Shown: positions 13,896-29,276, numbered from the stretch's first letter. The stretch: DNA of 64,000 nt from Eledone cirrhosa (GCA_964016885.1 OZ024740.1:345464001-345528000), one strand, 5' to 3'. Made by a program: numbers and translations. The notes: generated by a model from the letters alone, not told the origin.

Positions 13896-14309
13896 CGTGT
13901 GGAGCGGTTGTGTGCGGTGGGTGTGTGTTTGTGTGTACGTGTGTTTACATCAATGAGATGACATTTAGTATTCAATGTAATCCTGTGTCTGTAGGGTACA
14001 ATCATTCACCCTAAACAGCAATGTCCTCTATTGGGGTATCTCACATCTATATATATCTATTTTGTTTAATAAATAATTTAAATATATAAAACTGTTTTTT
14101 GCAATTATTCTTCTATTGGCCCTTCCAACCAGCGCAATTGGGGCAAATAAATAAATCCATGTTCAAATCCCGACGCGTTCAATATAGCCTTTAATCCTTC
14201 CGTTTCAAAATATTTAGTACTAGGCAAGTACTTGAGTCAACTTTATCGACTAATCCCTACCTGTAAATCGCTTGTGCTGTGCATAATTAAGATAGTATTA
14301 TTAATATTA

Positions 14310-14712
14310 AAGGGCGGTGGATTGGCAGTATCGGTAGAGAGTCGGACACCATGCTTTGAGTTACACCCCTTTACTGTATGAGTTCAAATTCCATCGAAGT
14401 TAACTTTGCCTTTCATCCTGACGGGGTCGATAAAATATAGTACCAGTAATGCACTGGTATAATTGCTGGCATTGTGTCAAAAGAAGAAACAATTGTAAGT
14501 ATTATTGTAAGACAACAGGGCGGTGGATTGGCAGTATCGGTAGAGGATCGGACGCCATGCTTTCCAGCATAGTTACGTCCCTTTACGATCTGAGTTCAAA
14601 TCCCGCCGAGGTTGACTTTGCCTTTCATCCTTACGGGGGTCGATAAAATAAAGTACCAGTAATGCACTGGGTAATTGCTGGCCTTGTGCCTAAAGTAGAA
14701 ACAATTATTGTA
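14310..14712 (+). mobile_element. Tandem pair of tRNA-derived SINEs
   Basis: Two copies starting GGGCGGTGGATTGGCAGTATCGGTAGAG (about 14311 and 14518), B-box GAGTTCAAAT. Confidence 0.9.
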
Positions 14713-17700
14713 AGACAACAGAATTGATAAAACACTTGAAAATATATTGCTATATTTATTAACATCTCATTACACTTTAGGTTAAAGTCCTCCATTGTTG
14801 ATTTTGCTCTCATCTTTTGTTCTTATTGTTGTTCCTAGCACCAGATAAGCCCTTGCCGAGCAGATTTATGAAAGGGTTTCCTGCAGTTACCATCCATAGA
14901 ACTATATTGGCGTGATATTAAGGGTATTTGGCAGCTATTTCTAACAAGTCATGTGATAGCAGGTGTCCCCTCTTTAGATCGAATAAGTCGAATACTGTTG
15001 TCTATTTAAATCAATATGACCAAAATCATTTTAATATTGGAGTTGTATTTAACTAAATTAGACATGAACTACATGTCTAATCCTAGAGTTGTTTTAATTG
15101 ATCTGTATTCTAAATGCCTGTCTAACGCTGAGGCCTTATTTGTGCTTATAAGACCTAATTAATAACTGTGTACCTAAAATACCCATTCTGGTTATTGTTG
15201 TTGTTGTTTAGTCCGACGTCAACCCTAATCAAAGATATTCCTGCCATGACCCCTCCTACGTCCTTTTAGTAGATTATGTCGAACTTATCCATAGACAGCA
15301 GGCTCTGATTTGAAATATTAGGCACACTAGTTGACTCACAATTCCAGAGTACAGCTCCAAATAAAATAACTTATTGTGCTTGATTGTATTTGTTTATGCT
15401 TTGGAAACATATGCAAACGGTATAGTGATTTGTACTAGTTAGCGAAATATACTATCAATTTCTTTTTCTTTTGCCCCCTCATTGAGCAAACTATGATCTA
15501 ATCTATTCTAACCTGAAAAATCGACTATTTTTAGGGATAGTACATTATCTACTACAAAGGGTCTCAATTTTAGGTGGATGAGTGGTAATATCAAGAATAT
15601 TTAGCTCATGAATTTAGCAAGAGGTATAACCACGTAGAGACATTTAATCGGTGAGGGTTGTCTAAAACTAACTGAAAATCGGGTTATGGCTAATGCCTAT
15701 ATATATATGAGTCTTTATGTGCGTTATATAGATCAGTCCTTATTTCGAGTTTTATGTCGTAATCTTTGTGTAAACGCTTTGTCATATAATTAAACACAAG
15801 TGCACACGTATGTGAATATGTGTGTGTGTGCATGTGTGTTTCACTGTGTTTGTGGATATGACTTATGCTTCGTTCCTGCCTATTTTGTTTCTCACGTTGT
15901 TCTTTTTCTATTCTCCATCTATTCATTCAACAAATATCCGTGGATATTTATTTACACTCACATTTACATCAACACATATGTGGACAAATCCAGATATTCA
16001 TTTCTTATACGAATGATTTTTGGTAGCAGATACGATTTACCTCTAATAGATCTGAAAGATCAGATGGCAACGATACCATCGTTCTTATGAAGCCCTTTCA
16101 TAATCCCCAAATAAAGAAGCACATTTTTAAAGGTACAAGATGTTCAATCGCAAAAACTCTGCAACCATCAGAGCAAATGTTGCAGCTTACACAAACTGAA
16201 AGAACTCCCAAATTAGACTCGTTCACCAACTGCCGGAATTATCATTCACTACATAAAATTCGCGTAATGCTTTCTGTTTGCAGCATCCCCAATGTTTCCA
16301 AAAATCGCTTCTTCGGTAGTTCCGACTTGTTACTGGAATTTGGTGGATAAAACGTGTGCGAATGCGCACTAGATATGATGAGGTTTACTGAACTCACAAT
16401 TCGCTGAAAATCCGTGGGCCTATCGTACGAATATGAATAAATATATTTTTACGATAACCTGATTTTAACATTGAGATCTTTATCAATTGCAGGCTAATAT
16501 GATCCTCTGATCAAACACAAACACACATACACAATATATGTATATATACACATACACACATACACATACACAATATATCTATACACACACACGCACACGC
16601 ACACACACCGACACACACACACACACACACATACAGACACATATATATATATACACACACACACACACTCACACGCTCGTACTCCCTCTATATATAGTAT
16701 ATAGTACTGGGTGATTAAAAGAAACGACACTGCATAATAAAGAAATATATTAGTTTGACAGTTGATAGAGCAGGAAAGGCCTCGTAAAGTTTCGAACCCT
16801 GGAGATAGAATGAGAAATACAAGATGAAATAGAGAGTGAGACGCTGCAGGAACGGCAGTTTTTTTTTATTTTTTTTTTTTAAAGCACACGTCTGTATCCA
16901 GGTCAGTGGGTATCTTAGTTACCAAAGAGGTTAGAGAAAGGATGGTATTTATTGTATATTTTGAGTGTGTGTGTGTGTGTAGTTTTCTTTATTCGTGCAC
17001 AACGTAGTGAAAATATATATATTAAGTATTCGCAAAGTGTTGATAGGTAAAGAACTGACGCTGCACACCAGGTCCGAACGCAGAAGAGCCGAACTCCCAC
17101 TGTCATCGCCTCCATCTCTCTTGCCCTCCCCGTCTCTCTGTATTATGGGCAAATGGGGTCCAACTTGCTGGCCGCCTTATGGCCCCAGCTGATAGAATGG
17201 AGAAGGCGTTACCTCGGAGGATGGTAAGGGAGATGTGCTAGAAGTGTTGAATAGAGAAGAAGCCGGTAGCGGATAAGACCGTTTCCTTATATATTTCATT
17301 TCGTTTTCTGGCCGTGAGAGAAACTGCTTAGCTTCTAATTCACCGATACGGTGGTACATCACAAACATCTGATCTACGAAAGTGAAGTTACTACGTACAT
17401 AGAGGTGGATAGAGCCGGGATATAGTAGGGGAGAAATTAACGTTTGGAAACATTCAACTCCGACGGCACCACAGCCACGGTACTGGGTGCCACGGAATCA
17501 CAGGCGTCTGAAAGAAAAACAAGCACACAAACGAGAGCCCTGGGATGTTATTTTCTCGACGGAGTGTGGGCATGCGCACATACGCAAGCATGCATCATAA
17601 TGTGTAGTGGGAGGGGAGACTATGTTATAATGATCGTGGATGTAGATATATGGTATATGATGCCGCTGTATATGTGTGTTTGCAGGTATATGTGTGCTGG

Positions 17701-17959
17701 GTGGGATATACTAGTGTTTATTGTGTAATTGATGGAGTTGTATATGTACGTGTGTTTCTGTGCGAAAGCAAAGATATACGGAAGTTATAGAAAATGTGGG
17801 GGAATATACATATGCATTTATGGTCCCGTAACTCCTAATGGTATCGTGAGGGCAATGTATTGACGGTGTTTTGGGGGCATTTAAAACCTGGTTGAATCCA
17901 TTATTCTCCAGGCCTGAGTACAGCAGATTTCTTCAAGAGTAAGAGGAAATAAGAAAGAG

Positions 17960-18108
17960 ATAGGGAAGAAACATCGATCTCAGTACTAGACTTGTACATT
18001 ATTTGATTGACCTCGAAAGGATGAAAGACAAAGTTGACCTAGTTGGGATTTGAACTCAGAGATCAGGGAGCCGGAACGAATACGATAAACATTCTATCCG
18101 ACGTTCTT
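17960..18108 (-). mobile_element. Decayed tRNA-derived SINE
   Basis: GAAAGGATGAAAGACAAAGTTGACC..GGGATTTGAACTCAGA is the reverse complement of the family consensus. Confidence 0.75.
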
Positions 18109-18187
<79 letters not shown>

Positions 18188-18289
18188 CTATATGTACATA
18201 AAAGATATATGTATATAGTATATATATTGTACATATATATAAAATAATGCACGTCAAAGGTCAATCGCAAACAAGTTATAAGGAATGAC

Positions 18290-18750
18290 ATACCTTGACT
18301 AATGGGCTCGAGTAAAAAAGCTCAAAATATATTCTCTCCAACGCGGCTCTGAACGCTACATTATCTGCTTGATGTGGACAAGATTCCATCAATCTTGCAT
18401 AAATGATGTTAGCATCATCATTAAAATACACCTAAGAAATGGATGACGAGCTATCCGACCTCAACAAAAATGAAACTCGCATCTCAAAACAACATAACGG
18501 TACAACTGGTCTTTAACATTACACGAAAACACTTAAAAACAGAAACAGATCCCCTAAAATTCACAAAGGCTTTGGACAAATTCCTCCAAGAAATCCCGGA
18601 TAAACCTCTGACACCCCGATATGTCTCCGTAAACAATAACTCTCAACTTGAGTGGGCTATGGTGTCCAAATCCTGATCTGAAAGACTTCGCCATTAAGTT
18701 AGATATGGCCTAGACCATTACTGACCGAAAGCTATCAAAGTTATCGAAAT
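18290..18750 (+). mobile_element. 3' end of a CR1/L2-group LINE
   Basis: Translates to LKIYSLQRGSERYII.. and ..LKFTKALDKFLQEIPDKP.., typical C-terminal motifs of this LINE group. Confidence 0.7.
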
Positions 18751-19769
18751 TAATATATATATCAGCGGCCTCCTGGCCTTTACCACGGTCTGTACTCTGC
18801 TCAAATCTATTCATAAGGCACCTATTGTTATCTGTCGTAATGTTTATTTTCCTCAGAATAAATGTGAACATTTATTTGAATATTGCATAACATAATTTAA
18901 AAACTATTTAGAATATATGAATATAGAGAGTAATAAAGAGAATATTGGAAAAATGTTTAGTACGAAAATTATAAAACATTTGGAGCACTGTATATATTAG
19001 AAGTGGGAACCTTTTCATGTTGAAAGGCCTTATGATAATAAGGTTGCATTCAATATATCATAATTATATATTCATAAAATCTGCATGAATTTTTTAAAAT
19101 TTAATTACTATGTACTAATTATCTAAGACTCGGAGAAGATTGGGTTCTGACCGGTATAAAAATGCCCTAGAATCACTGTATCTCAATACGGTACCCCTAC
19201 GACTTCCTTGGAAGTTAGAGGGCCATGCATGTAATTATCTAAGTATCGAAAAATAAATTGTAAAGCTAACTACCTTTTAATGACTTTGTTGTAACTGTTT
19301 GTTGTGGGAAAGCATTTTGATATTTGGTTGAAATATGTAGGCCTTAATGTCCTCCTAATACTTTAATTCTTGTTGTCTGTCAGTGTAGATTATTTCGTTG
19401 TGTTTTCTTTTATACTTTGGTATATAAATTACGTTCATCTTATGGTTTCAATTAAACTAATAAGAGATACACAAAAACATAGTAATAAAAATTAAAAATT
19501 TGTTGATAAATTTCTATTCTTCCAAAAGACCGAACAGAATAGCATAGAGAGTAGCTTCTGGACTTAATACCGCAGGTTCCCCATTTCTGGAATACATACT
19601 GTGTATTAAACTTTTTTCTTTGGAGCATATATGAAGAGTGTGTGGGGTCTTCTTAGTCTAGAATCACCTACATGCATTTAACCATGTGAGAAACAGCCTC
19701 TTCTAGATGGAAACCGACAACCTGTAGGTTTTGATCTTGGAACTTGTTAATCGTCATCGCGTAACTGAA

Positions 19770-20400
19770 TTTGGTGAATGACTTGTTTGGGATGGAGAGG
19801 AGGGTGATTTCACTGAGATAGCTGCAAGTGTTTCACCTTCGTCTTTCCAGAAGGGGAGGAAGATGCCCTGAGGCCAGTCATTTTGGAGCTACTCAGACAA
19901 CCATACATAGTTGATGATGCATGTTAGTCACTGGATCATGTTATCTCCACCCATATTTCAAGGGATTTGCGATTTTTGAGCTAATTTAGGGCAGCTCTGA
20001 CTTCATCGGGGTTCCTAGAATCGAGTCGTTGACTGCATCTGTATTAGTCGCGTTGGTTAGGCAGGAATCCATTAGGACGGGTGGATGATGTAGAAAAGGG
20101 CAGTTGCTCCATCTAGCGTTTGAGGCACGTAATGACGTTCCCATTGCTATACTTTGCAAGGGCAATCTTGATCCAAGGATCTGCATGGGCACTGCGGAGT
20201 GAGTTGAACATGTGACAGCTGCCTTCAGGCTTTCGCTTCTTCTGTGTTTCATCCGTTTTGGACGTGTTACGTATCCGGTTGAACCACCGTTACACATTCA
20301 TATCTCCGCATAGGCGACCTTTGCGGCGACAGTTAATTATCTTCAGCGTCTGCAGTGAAATCCTGCCCCGTTTAGGAAGAGGTCTTGACTTTACCAGGAC
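19770..20400 (-). mobile_element. Decayed RTE-clade LINE, pre-RT and RT N-terminal part
   Basis: Frameshifted translation gives EVRAALN*LKNRKS, LKYGGDNMIQ*LTCIINYVWLSE*LQNDWPQGIFLPFWK and EITLLSIPNK. Confidence 0.7.
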
Positions 20401-20559
20401 GGCACGTACAGACTGGTTGATGCTTGCATTAAAAACATACCCCAGTTATTGGTCTCGTCCTTGGTCGAGGTTCTGAAGCGTTTGGTGATGGAGCACGCAA
20501 ATGTAATGGCGATGCTGGGATCACGGAGAGACGAAGAATCAAGGCAAGGCCGATACTTG

Positions 20560-20700
20560 GTGTTAGGGTCCGCCCGCAATCTCAACTTCAGTAACTCGAT
20601 CGATCAGCTCAAGGAGGCATTGACCATATACTAGGAAGAATCAGCAAAGATTAGCCATCAGGTGAGCTGAGCGAAGACCAAGCTGATGCATGTCACTGAT
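20560..20700 (+). mobile_element. RTE-clade RT fragment in opposite orientation to the adjacent piece
   Basis: [29 protein letters not shown] matches the post-YADD segment (..GLxVSWxKTK) of RTE RTs. Confidence 0.6.
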
Positions 20701-20720
20701 GTTCCGGCTCGTAATATGTA

Positions 20721-20843
<123 letters not shown>

Positions 20844-20855
20844 ATTGATATAAAA

Positions 20856-21172
20856 TGCTCGGATCTATTCATTGGAATATTGGAGTATATTATACAGTGG
20901 ATATGGCGCATGTCTCTCTGACATGACACCCTTAATTTAATTTTGGATATATACATGGCCCCTTAATTGTAGAGCTAACTCAGTTGAAAGGAATCGGCTA
21001 CTATTTCTAGTTGTCGATAACCCTATTCACGCCAATGGGATGAAGCTGGTACGATGTGTGTATTTTTAAAAAAATGCATCACGTGCTCAGAATGTATTCA
21101 TTGGAATCTTGGAGCATATTCTACAGTGGATATCGTGCATGTCTCTCTGACATGACACCCTTAATTTAATTT

Positions 21173-21176
<4 letters not shown>
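20856..21176 (+). repeat. ~95 bp direct duplication (20856-20950 and 21084-21176)
   Basis: TATTCATTGGAAT..ACAGTGGATAT..CATGTCTCTCTGACATGACACCCTTAATTTAATTTTG occurs twice, each running into TA repeats. Confidence 0.8.
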
Positions 21177-21219
<43 letters not shown>

Positions 21220-21349
21220 GTGTTTAATGGTAGCTATGGTGCTTCAATAGGCAGTATGCCAGTTGAGCACTCTATGTTCTTACAGAGCAGAGTGTGATAT
21301 AATATAAAAAAACGAAAAATCAGTGATGCATCTAGACTCAGTTTCTTGC

Positions 21350-21437
21350 GTGTTATAATTGTTTCGCCGGCAGATATCTCGAGACATGATCATTGTATGG
21401 ATCTGCCTGATTCTATAACTGCCGGTTCTTCGGACAC
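21350..21437 (-). ncRNA. Hammerhead ribozyme relic
   Basis: Minus strand: GTGT CCGAAGA (one core change) ACCGGCAG..CTGCCGGC GAAA CAATTA TA ACAC. Confidence 0.7.
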
Positions 21438-22319
21438 ATGCAATGCTTTCAGAGCAAATTTTCTCACTGGGGTGTTAGCTTAAAAAAACACCTTCAAGAA
21501 ACATCTTCCACTCTTGTCTTGCCATTGGCTGTTGTTTTTCTACGTCATCATAAATTCTGGTCAGTATTTGCTGCCACACTGGTCATCAGCTGCTCTCCGT
21601 CCGACACACTTCAATGGACTCATGCTGGGTTTGGTATTTCACAAGTCCGCTCACACGGATAATGATAAATGACAAACACAGAGATGCAAAAACAATTAGT
21701 TTTATTAGATTCACGCTTTGGATGAAAGAGAAAAAAGAAGTTCAACGTATCGGACGTTAGTCCTTTGTCTTGAAAGTAGCTATACGCTATTTACGAATAA
21801 ATATGTTTCCATTGTGGAACACATACGGCTGTTTCTCAGCTAAGCCAAACTGAGAAATATTCTTCTGATATTTCAACATTTGTATACAACAAATATTTTA
21901 GGACGTTTTATTTTCTGGCAGAATTCTTTTATTGCACATGTCTAAGTTTCCCATTAAATGTATATCATTTTTGACTATCAATTCATTAGTTGTTGACGCC
22001 TATACGTGATATAATTTGTAAACAGCCAAACTGCCATGAAAAGGAACTTTTATTGTGTCAGTGCATTTATAGTTCATAGTTTAGTTGGTAATATTTGAAG
22101 TCGTATTTTTTTACTGTTAATTTTAGACCAAAATGTAGCTAAATCCTAAGTGATGGAAGAGTTAACGTTAATATAATTTGTGGCCTTTGGACGTTTCAGT
22201 GTTTATATCAAAACACAAGAAAGTATTATACCATAACACCTATGGATTTTCTAAAGTAAGATGCATGAGACAAAAATGTCACCACCACCATTTCCACCAC
22301 GAACTTCAACATAAACAAG

Positions 22320-22424
22320 AATAACTACTATTAGTACTAGTACTACTACTACTATTACTACTACTACTATACTACTACTACTACTACTACTACTACTATT
22401 ACTACCACCACTACCACCACCACC

Positions 22425-22478
<54 letters not shown>

Positions 22479-22522
22479 GCTGCTGCTGCTGATGCTGATG
22501 CTGATGCTGATGCTGCTACTGC
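22320..22522. repeat. Compound trinucleotide microsatellite (ACT)n-(ACC)n-(ACT)n-(GCT)n-(GCTGAT)n
   Basis: Direct inspection. Confidence 0.9.
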
Positions 22523-22830
22523 TTAAATCCCTAATCAAAACAAAATACATAGTTGGTATTTGTTAATGACAAATATTTCAGATGGGTGTTGCATCCTTAT
22601 TTTCATAGATTATTTATCTTTTCTCGTATATTTTCTCTTTTTTTTTTGTTATATTACTGTGTGTTTTATTTAAATGTTGTTTATTTTTTATATTTCAACT
22701 AGAGAAATAAAGTTCACTGTTTTAACTCCGATATATTTTTGTTTACATACACACCCAGTAAACATAGATGGATTCATACACGCGCACATATATATTTGTG
22801 AACAAAACACAAAGCACCATCCATATACTC

Positions 22831-23180
<350 letters not shown>

Positions 23181-23764
23181 TCTGGTAACATGTATCCCAG
23201 TACAACCTGCCTCATGGTCGGGTCGTTGGCGAGTAAACTGGCAATCCCACCAAGGTTTCTTGGTGAGGAGGGTGACTTTGGACATCCTGCAGGACTAAAA
23301 ACAAAACCTGTCAAAGGGCAAAGGACCTCTTAAGAGTCAATGGCCATCCAAAGTCACCGGGAGAGATGACCCTTAGCCTTTGTCAAGGCAGAATTCTAGG
23401 AGAAGGAAAACTCTGATATAACACCTGCAACCCTGATGGTATCCAATGATGTTGACTTGTTCTTCTTTTTGGTAAATATCATCTTGGTTAAGAGAGTGGG
23501 ACTGGCTTTGTGCAGTGCCTTTGCTCACTATAAAAGCTTCACAGCACAGGCATTGCTTTATATCTGGAGATCTCTCTGCAGTTGTCATCACATGGTACCA
23601 TGGGCCCAGCACTATGTGTCAATAATTGTCACAGGTGTAGTGTTTGTACCAGAGTTTTCAAGTCGCTGGCTGGACTAAAAAGTCACACTTGTTTAGCGCA
23701 TCGGTTGGGGTTCTTCTACATGGATATAAAGTAGTGGCCGTACTCGAAAACGAGTTGGCAGCCA

Positions 23765-23767
<3 letters not shown>
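23181..23767 (+). mobile_element. RTE-related non-autonomous retroelement, copy 2
   Basis: Near-identical to 3558-4130 (same incidental ORF translations); flanked by (TA)n. Confidence 0.7.
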
Positions 23768-23822
<55 letters not shown>

Positions 23823-23825
23823 TGC

Positions 23826-23900
<75 letters not shown>

Positions 23901-23929
23901 GCGCTCCGCACAGGTGTAGACAGGGGTGG

Positions 23930-24520
23930 AGGACGAATTTCGTGCAGAACATGCAAGGTTTTCATAGTTCATTATGGCATTAAGGCAGTGGATAAGGTCT
24001 AGTGAGTTTTTCAATATTAGCCACCTCACGGCGCTGAAGAGCCCACATTTCCTCGTTCCGTTGATACTGGATTTGCATCTTTCTACATTTTTGCAGTTAA
24101 CGCATTCTAGGGAGTCCTCTTTCTGTTTTCAGTTTTTAACTGATGTGTTCCGTTTCTCCTTGTTAAAGAATGACACCTTTTTTGAATTGCTGTCACATAA
24201 GTGCCCATCATATCTCTTAAGGCTTCACGTGTGCTCTAGTGATTTTGCCTTGATTGTTGCCTCACAGATTATTGCCTCTGTTTTAAAGGTCCCATCTAGT
24301 TGACATGTATTACTGTTCCTACAAGAACAATTGGCTATGTTAGATTGTAAAGGTTTATTAGTTAGTAAAGTTGGGAATATAACTAAAACTAACCTTACGA
24401 TTTTGCCTGTAAATTACTTCCTATTTTGTATATGGTCATTGGACACGTGTCTCAGGAAAAATGAACGTGAAATTTAAAAGAAAAGTTTTCAAGGTAATTC
24501 AGAACCGGAAGCATATATAT
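23930..24520 (-). mobile_element. Highly decayed PLE C-terminal Zn-finger/GIY-YIG fragment
   Basis: Translation fragments KVSFSYIPNF, NCSCRNSNTCQLDGTFKTEAIICEATI and NGTRKCGLF..WLIL resemble the PLE motifs CNCR..CPLDG.C....IY.ATV and NG.RKC.LC..EK..IL. Confidence 0.6.
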
Positions 24521-24744
24521 TCTTTCATGAGGGCTAAATATTGGTATACGAGATATTAACCTGTTACGATTCATTGGCTATCATCATGTACCAACAAAAA
24601 CATGATTAGTTGGCATATATTATATATATATATATATATTCATTAAAATAACAGATTAAAGTTTAAGCAAAGAATCGCTGCTTCACCCTTAACGGGATCT
24701 TTATCGAGCCCTCTTTGGATTTTACTCTTCAAATTTATTATTAT

Positions 24745-24855
<111 letters not shown>

Positions 24856-25150
24856 CAGGATAAAGGAACAAAGATTCTCTGTTGCATCATACATATTTAA
24901 TTAAATATTACATACGAGTCACTGTCGATAAGCTCGGGGGACGATCTATTAGTGATTGAACCTGCCTCTGGATTCGAAAGATCCTCAGATATCCACGCTC
25001 GGCTCACAGACGAGCCTGCATATTGAAGCATGTCTGAGGATCTTTCGATTCCAGAGTCAGGTTCGTTCCCCGAGCTGATCGACAGTGAAACATATGTAAT
25101 ATATTTTTAAATATGTTATCATGCAACACTGATTTTTGTTCCTTTATTCT
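24856..25150. ncRNA. Inverted-repeat module with hammerhead ribozyme at 25030-25102 (+) and degenerate mirror copy (-)
   Basis: ATGT CTGAGGA(25034) ..TCGAT..ATCGA.. GAAA CATATG TA ATAT; arms ~24856-24993 and ~25030-25150 are inverted. Confidence 0.75.
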
Positions 25151-25249
25151 AAAACTATTAACACTCTGCTCTGCAAGAGCATCGAATTCTCCCCCGGCAA
25201 ACCGCCTATGGACGCAATTTATCTTGCACCTCTACACCTATATATATAT

Positions 25250-25374
<125 letters not shown>

Positions 25375-25547
25375 CTCCGGTGGCTGATAGCTTCATGACT
25401 GCCGTTTTCAATTTATTTGGCCTCTATAACGTATGTTAATTGCTCTGGTCTTCTTTTAGTCCATTGAGCGCTTGCCGCATATCTCGAAAATTGCGTTTCG
25501 CTTTGTTTTTGACCAAAGCCGATATACTATCTCGCTGAAATTATACT

Positions 25548-25633
<86 letters not shown>

Positions 25634-26284
25634 AGTTGTAGAGAAATAGAGCAGATACCAATTGATTGAGGCGGCCACAAATCACACGATAGTGCAAAAA
25701 GTATATATATTTTAAGGCCAGAGTAAACACAAAATTAAGGAAGAGTGACACATAAATCGACCAGGTGAATGTGGTCACAGTGTTTAGCCATAACAACAAC
25801 AAATACAAACACACATATATGTATACAGAAACATATACACACATAGCATATATACACAAGCATACGCAGAGAAAATATATGCACACTGATACATATAGAC
25901 ACACATACACACGCACTTCGCACGCATATACACAAATACTCTTCGGTGCACACACACATTTACACACAGACATACACATAGAAAGACACACTCATGCAAA
26001 CACACACACGCCCCCCCCCCCACACACACACACAAGCATCTACATTATTTCATCGACAGTGATGCTTTCGAAACATGCAGAAAACTCTGTAGCATTTAAA
26101 TATGAAAATCTGTGTCTGTGTGTACGCTAGCTAGATAGCCAAGGTAGTTGCGCTTTCAGGGTAGTTGCTCTTCCCTATTTGTCTCATTCAACACAACCAC
26201 TATTGGTTCGACCAGCATTACAATCTACTCACTACACCATCACTCTTTCCGTCCCTCCTCTCTCTACATCTCCAGTTAAATATA

Positions 26285-26592
26285 TAATTGTTTCTACTAT
26301 TGGCACAAGGCCAGCAAATACATTACTGGTTCTTTATTTTATCAACCCCCTAAGGATGAAAGGAAAAGTTAACCTCGGCGGGATTTGAACTCAGAATGGC
26401 AAGGGCCATAACTCTATGCGTCAAAGCATGGCGTCCGACCCTCTACCGATATATATATATATATATATACTTACAGTGAGTTCAAATTCCCCTGATGTTA
26501 ATTTAGCCTTTCATCCTTACGGGGTCGATAAAATAAAGTACCAGTAATACACTGCGGTAATTGCTGGCCTTGTGCCAAAAGTAGAAACAATT
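26285..26592. mobile_element. Two SINE copies in divergent orientation separated by (TA)n
   Basis: 26285-26450 on minus and 26477-26592 on plus; same family as 14310. Confidence 0.8.
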
Positions 26593-26719
26593 ATATATAT
26601 ATATATATATATATACATTATACATTATATATATATAAAATATATATATATATTTGGTGGAGGGTGGGTTCTCGTTGTGTATGTATACGTAAATACATAC
26701 ACATATATATATGTGTATG

Positions 26720-26888
26720 TGTCCCGGGTTCAATCGGGGGTAACCACAGTAAGTAAGGTACTCAATACATAGCAGTGTATCCATATATAATATTGAAATG
26801 GCTTCTACGGGACAGGACTAGAATTGTTTCATTAGAAGGAAATCATTAGGAACGCCTTGCTTTCCTGATGATTTCCTACGAATGAAAC

Positions 26889-26892
<4 letters not shown>
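26720..26892. mobile_element. PLE tail module with head-to-head HHR remnants
   Basis: TTC CTGATGA(26865) TTTCCTACGAAT GAAA CAATT truncated by (TA)n; mirror copy at ~26803-26852; family of 13081-13210. Confidence 0.75.
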
Positions 26893-26959
<67 letters not shown>

Positions 26960-27695
26960 TGTCTGTGTGTGCGTGTATCTGTGTGTGCATGTGTGTGCAT
27001 GTGTGTGCATGTGTGTGCATGTGTGTGCATGTCTGTGTGTGTGTTTACAAATAAGTGTCATAATTATGAATATAATGAAGATTATCTGAACAGAAATTTC
27101 TCTGTTTGTGTATGTATTGAAAAACAACATGAGTGAATAATTCGGTAAGCTGATATATATTATATATAAGAAATGGTATATGAAATAATACATATTATCA
27201 TTGGTAAATATATAACGATGATGATATAGTAGGAAAGGTATCTAACATTTCGGAAGTTAGTCATTCATCCGAATACACACACACATATACATATATATAT
27301 ACACACACATATGTGTGTCTGTCTGTCTTTGTGTGTGTGTATATTTATATATTATTCTCTTTGGTCACTAATGACCTTTGGTTTTGCACCAAAAAAGTTC
27401 CCCTCTGAGGCACACATACCAGTCACCCATACATGTCAGTTTCCCCTATTCACCACACTGATGTTGTTCCCATGTACGGTACAGGCCGACACAGCTTGGC
27501 ACCAGTGATATCACTACTTATTTCTACAACTGGATGAATTGGAACAGTGTAAATTAAAGTGTCTTGCTCAAGGACATAACGCATCGCCTGCTCTGGGAAT
27601 CTAACTGACAATCTCACACACATTAAGCCACACATACACAATCGCGCACGTGAACGCACAGACACACACACAGACACACACACATATATATATAC

Positions 27696-27790
<95 letters not shown>

Positions 27791-27896
27791 TAGTATATCT
27801 ACCAACATATATATACAGATGCATACCTATGCTAGCAAATATATAGGTTTTCTCTTAGTAACTTTGTGGTTCAATGCAAGGGGATGCAGAACAATT

Positions 27897-28402
<506 letters not shown>

Positions 28403-28792
28403 CACCCGCTTTACGTGTGTTGTGTTGAAGCAAATAACTGTGTATACTCTGGGAATGTATCTTACATTGCCCATGGAGTACGCTGAGATACAACCGGTAC
28501 TGGCATTGATAAATATGGTGGGTTTGTCAACACCTTATTATATATATATATTTATATATGCAAAAAGGTAAACGAAAACAACACAAGAATCAACACAGTA
28601 CAGTAGAGAAATATATTAATATATATTAGTTTAACGATTAATATAATAGGAACAAAAGTCTTTACGTCTCGGACACTACTCCTTCATGAGACTATAAAAT
28701 GTGAACTAAAAGATGAAATAGAAAGTTAGAGAGTTAGATGAGTAGAAGGTTTTTGAGAAATTGTACGCTTCTATTCACACACACACACACAT

Positions 28793-28884
<92 letters not shown>

Positions 28885-29052
28885 TCTGGTATCAACTTAT
28901 CAATTTTAGGGCCAATAACGTTGTTAGACCTCTGTGTAGTACGCAAGTAAAAATTCCAACAAGAATAGGTGATGAGAGATTTCTTGTTTTTGTAGTAGAC
29001 TAACTATGATAACTTTGATTGCTCTCGGCCTGTATTGGCCCAGGCCATGCCT

Positions 29053-29188
29053 ACTGCTTCTGATGAAGTCGGGGTGATGAATCTATAGTATCGAGTCTAA
29101 TGATATGGAGTTGCATATTTATTTCATGATTAATCACTATAGCTATTAATCATTATCAAGCAAACGTCTGAAACTATCGTAAAACAAT
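29053..29188 (+). ncRNA. Degenerate hammerhead ribozyme with very long stem II
   Basis: CTGATGA 29060; internal CTATAGT/ACTATAG pairing; GAAA 29170 CTATCG TA; stem I ACTGCTT/AAACAAT with two mismatches. Confidence 0.5.
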
Positions 29189-29276
29189 GAACAAATTAAG
29201 CACTAAGCTTCGAATATGGTTTTCATTGTTCAACACACAGACACAGACACACACAGACACACACACAGACACACAG

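Noticed and set aside
22251-22550. Ser/Gly-rich ORF with a hydrophobic segment
   Set aside because: Translation of a compound trinucleotide microsatellite.
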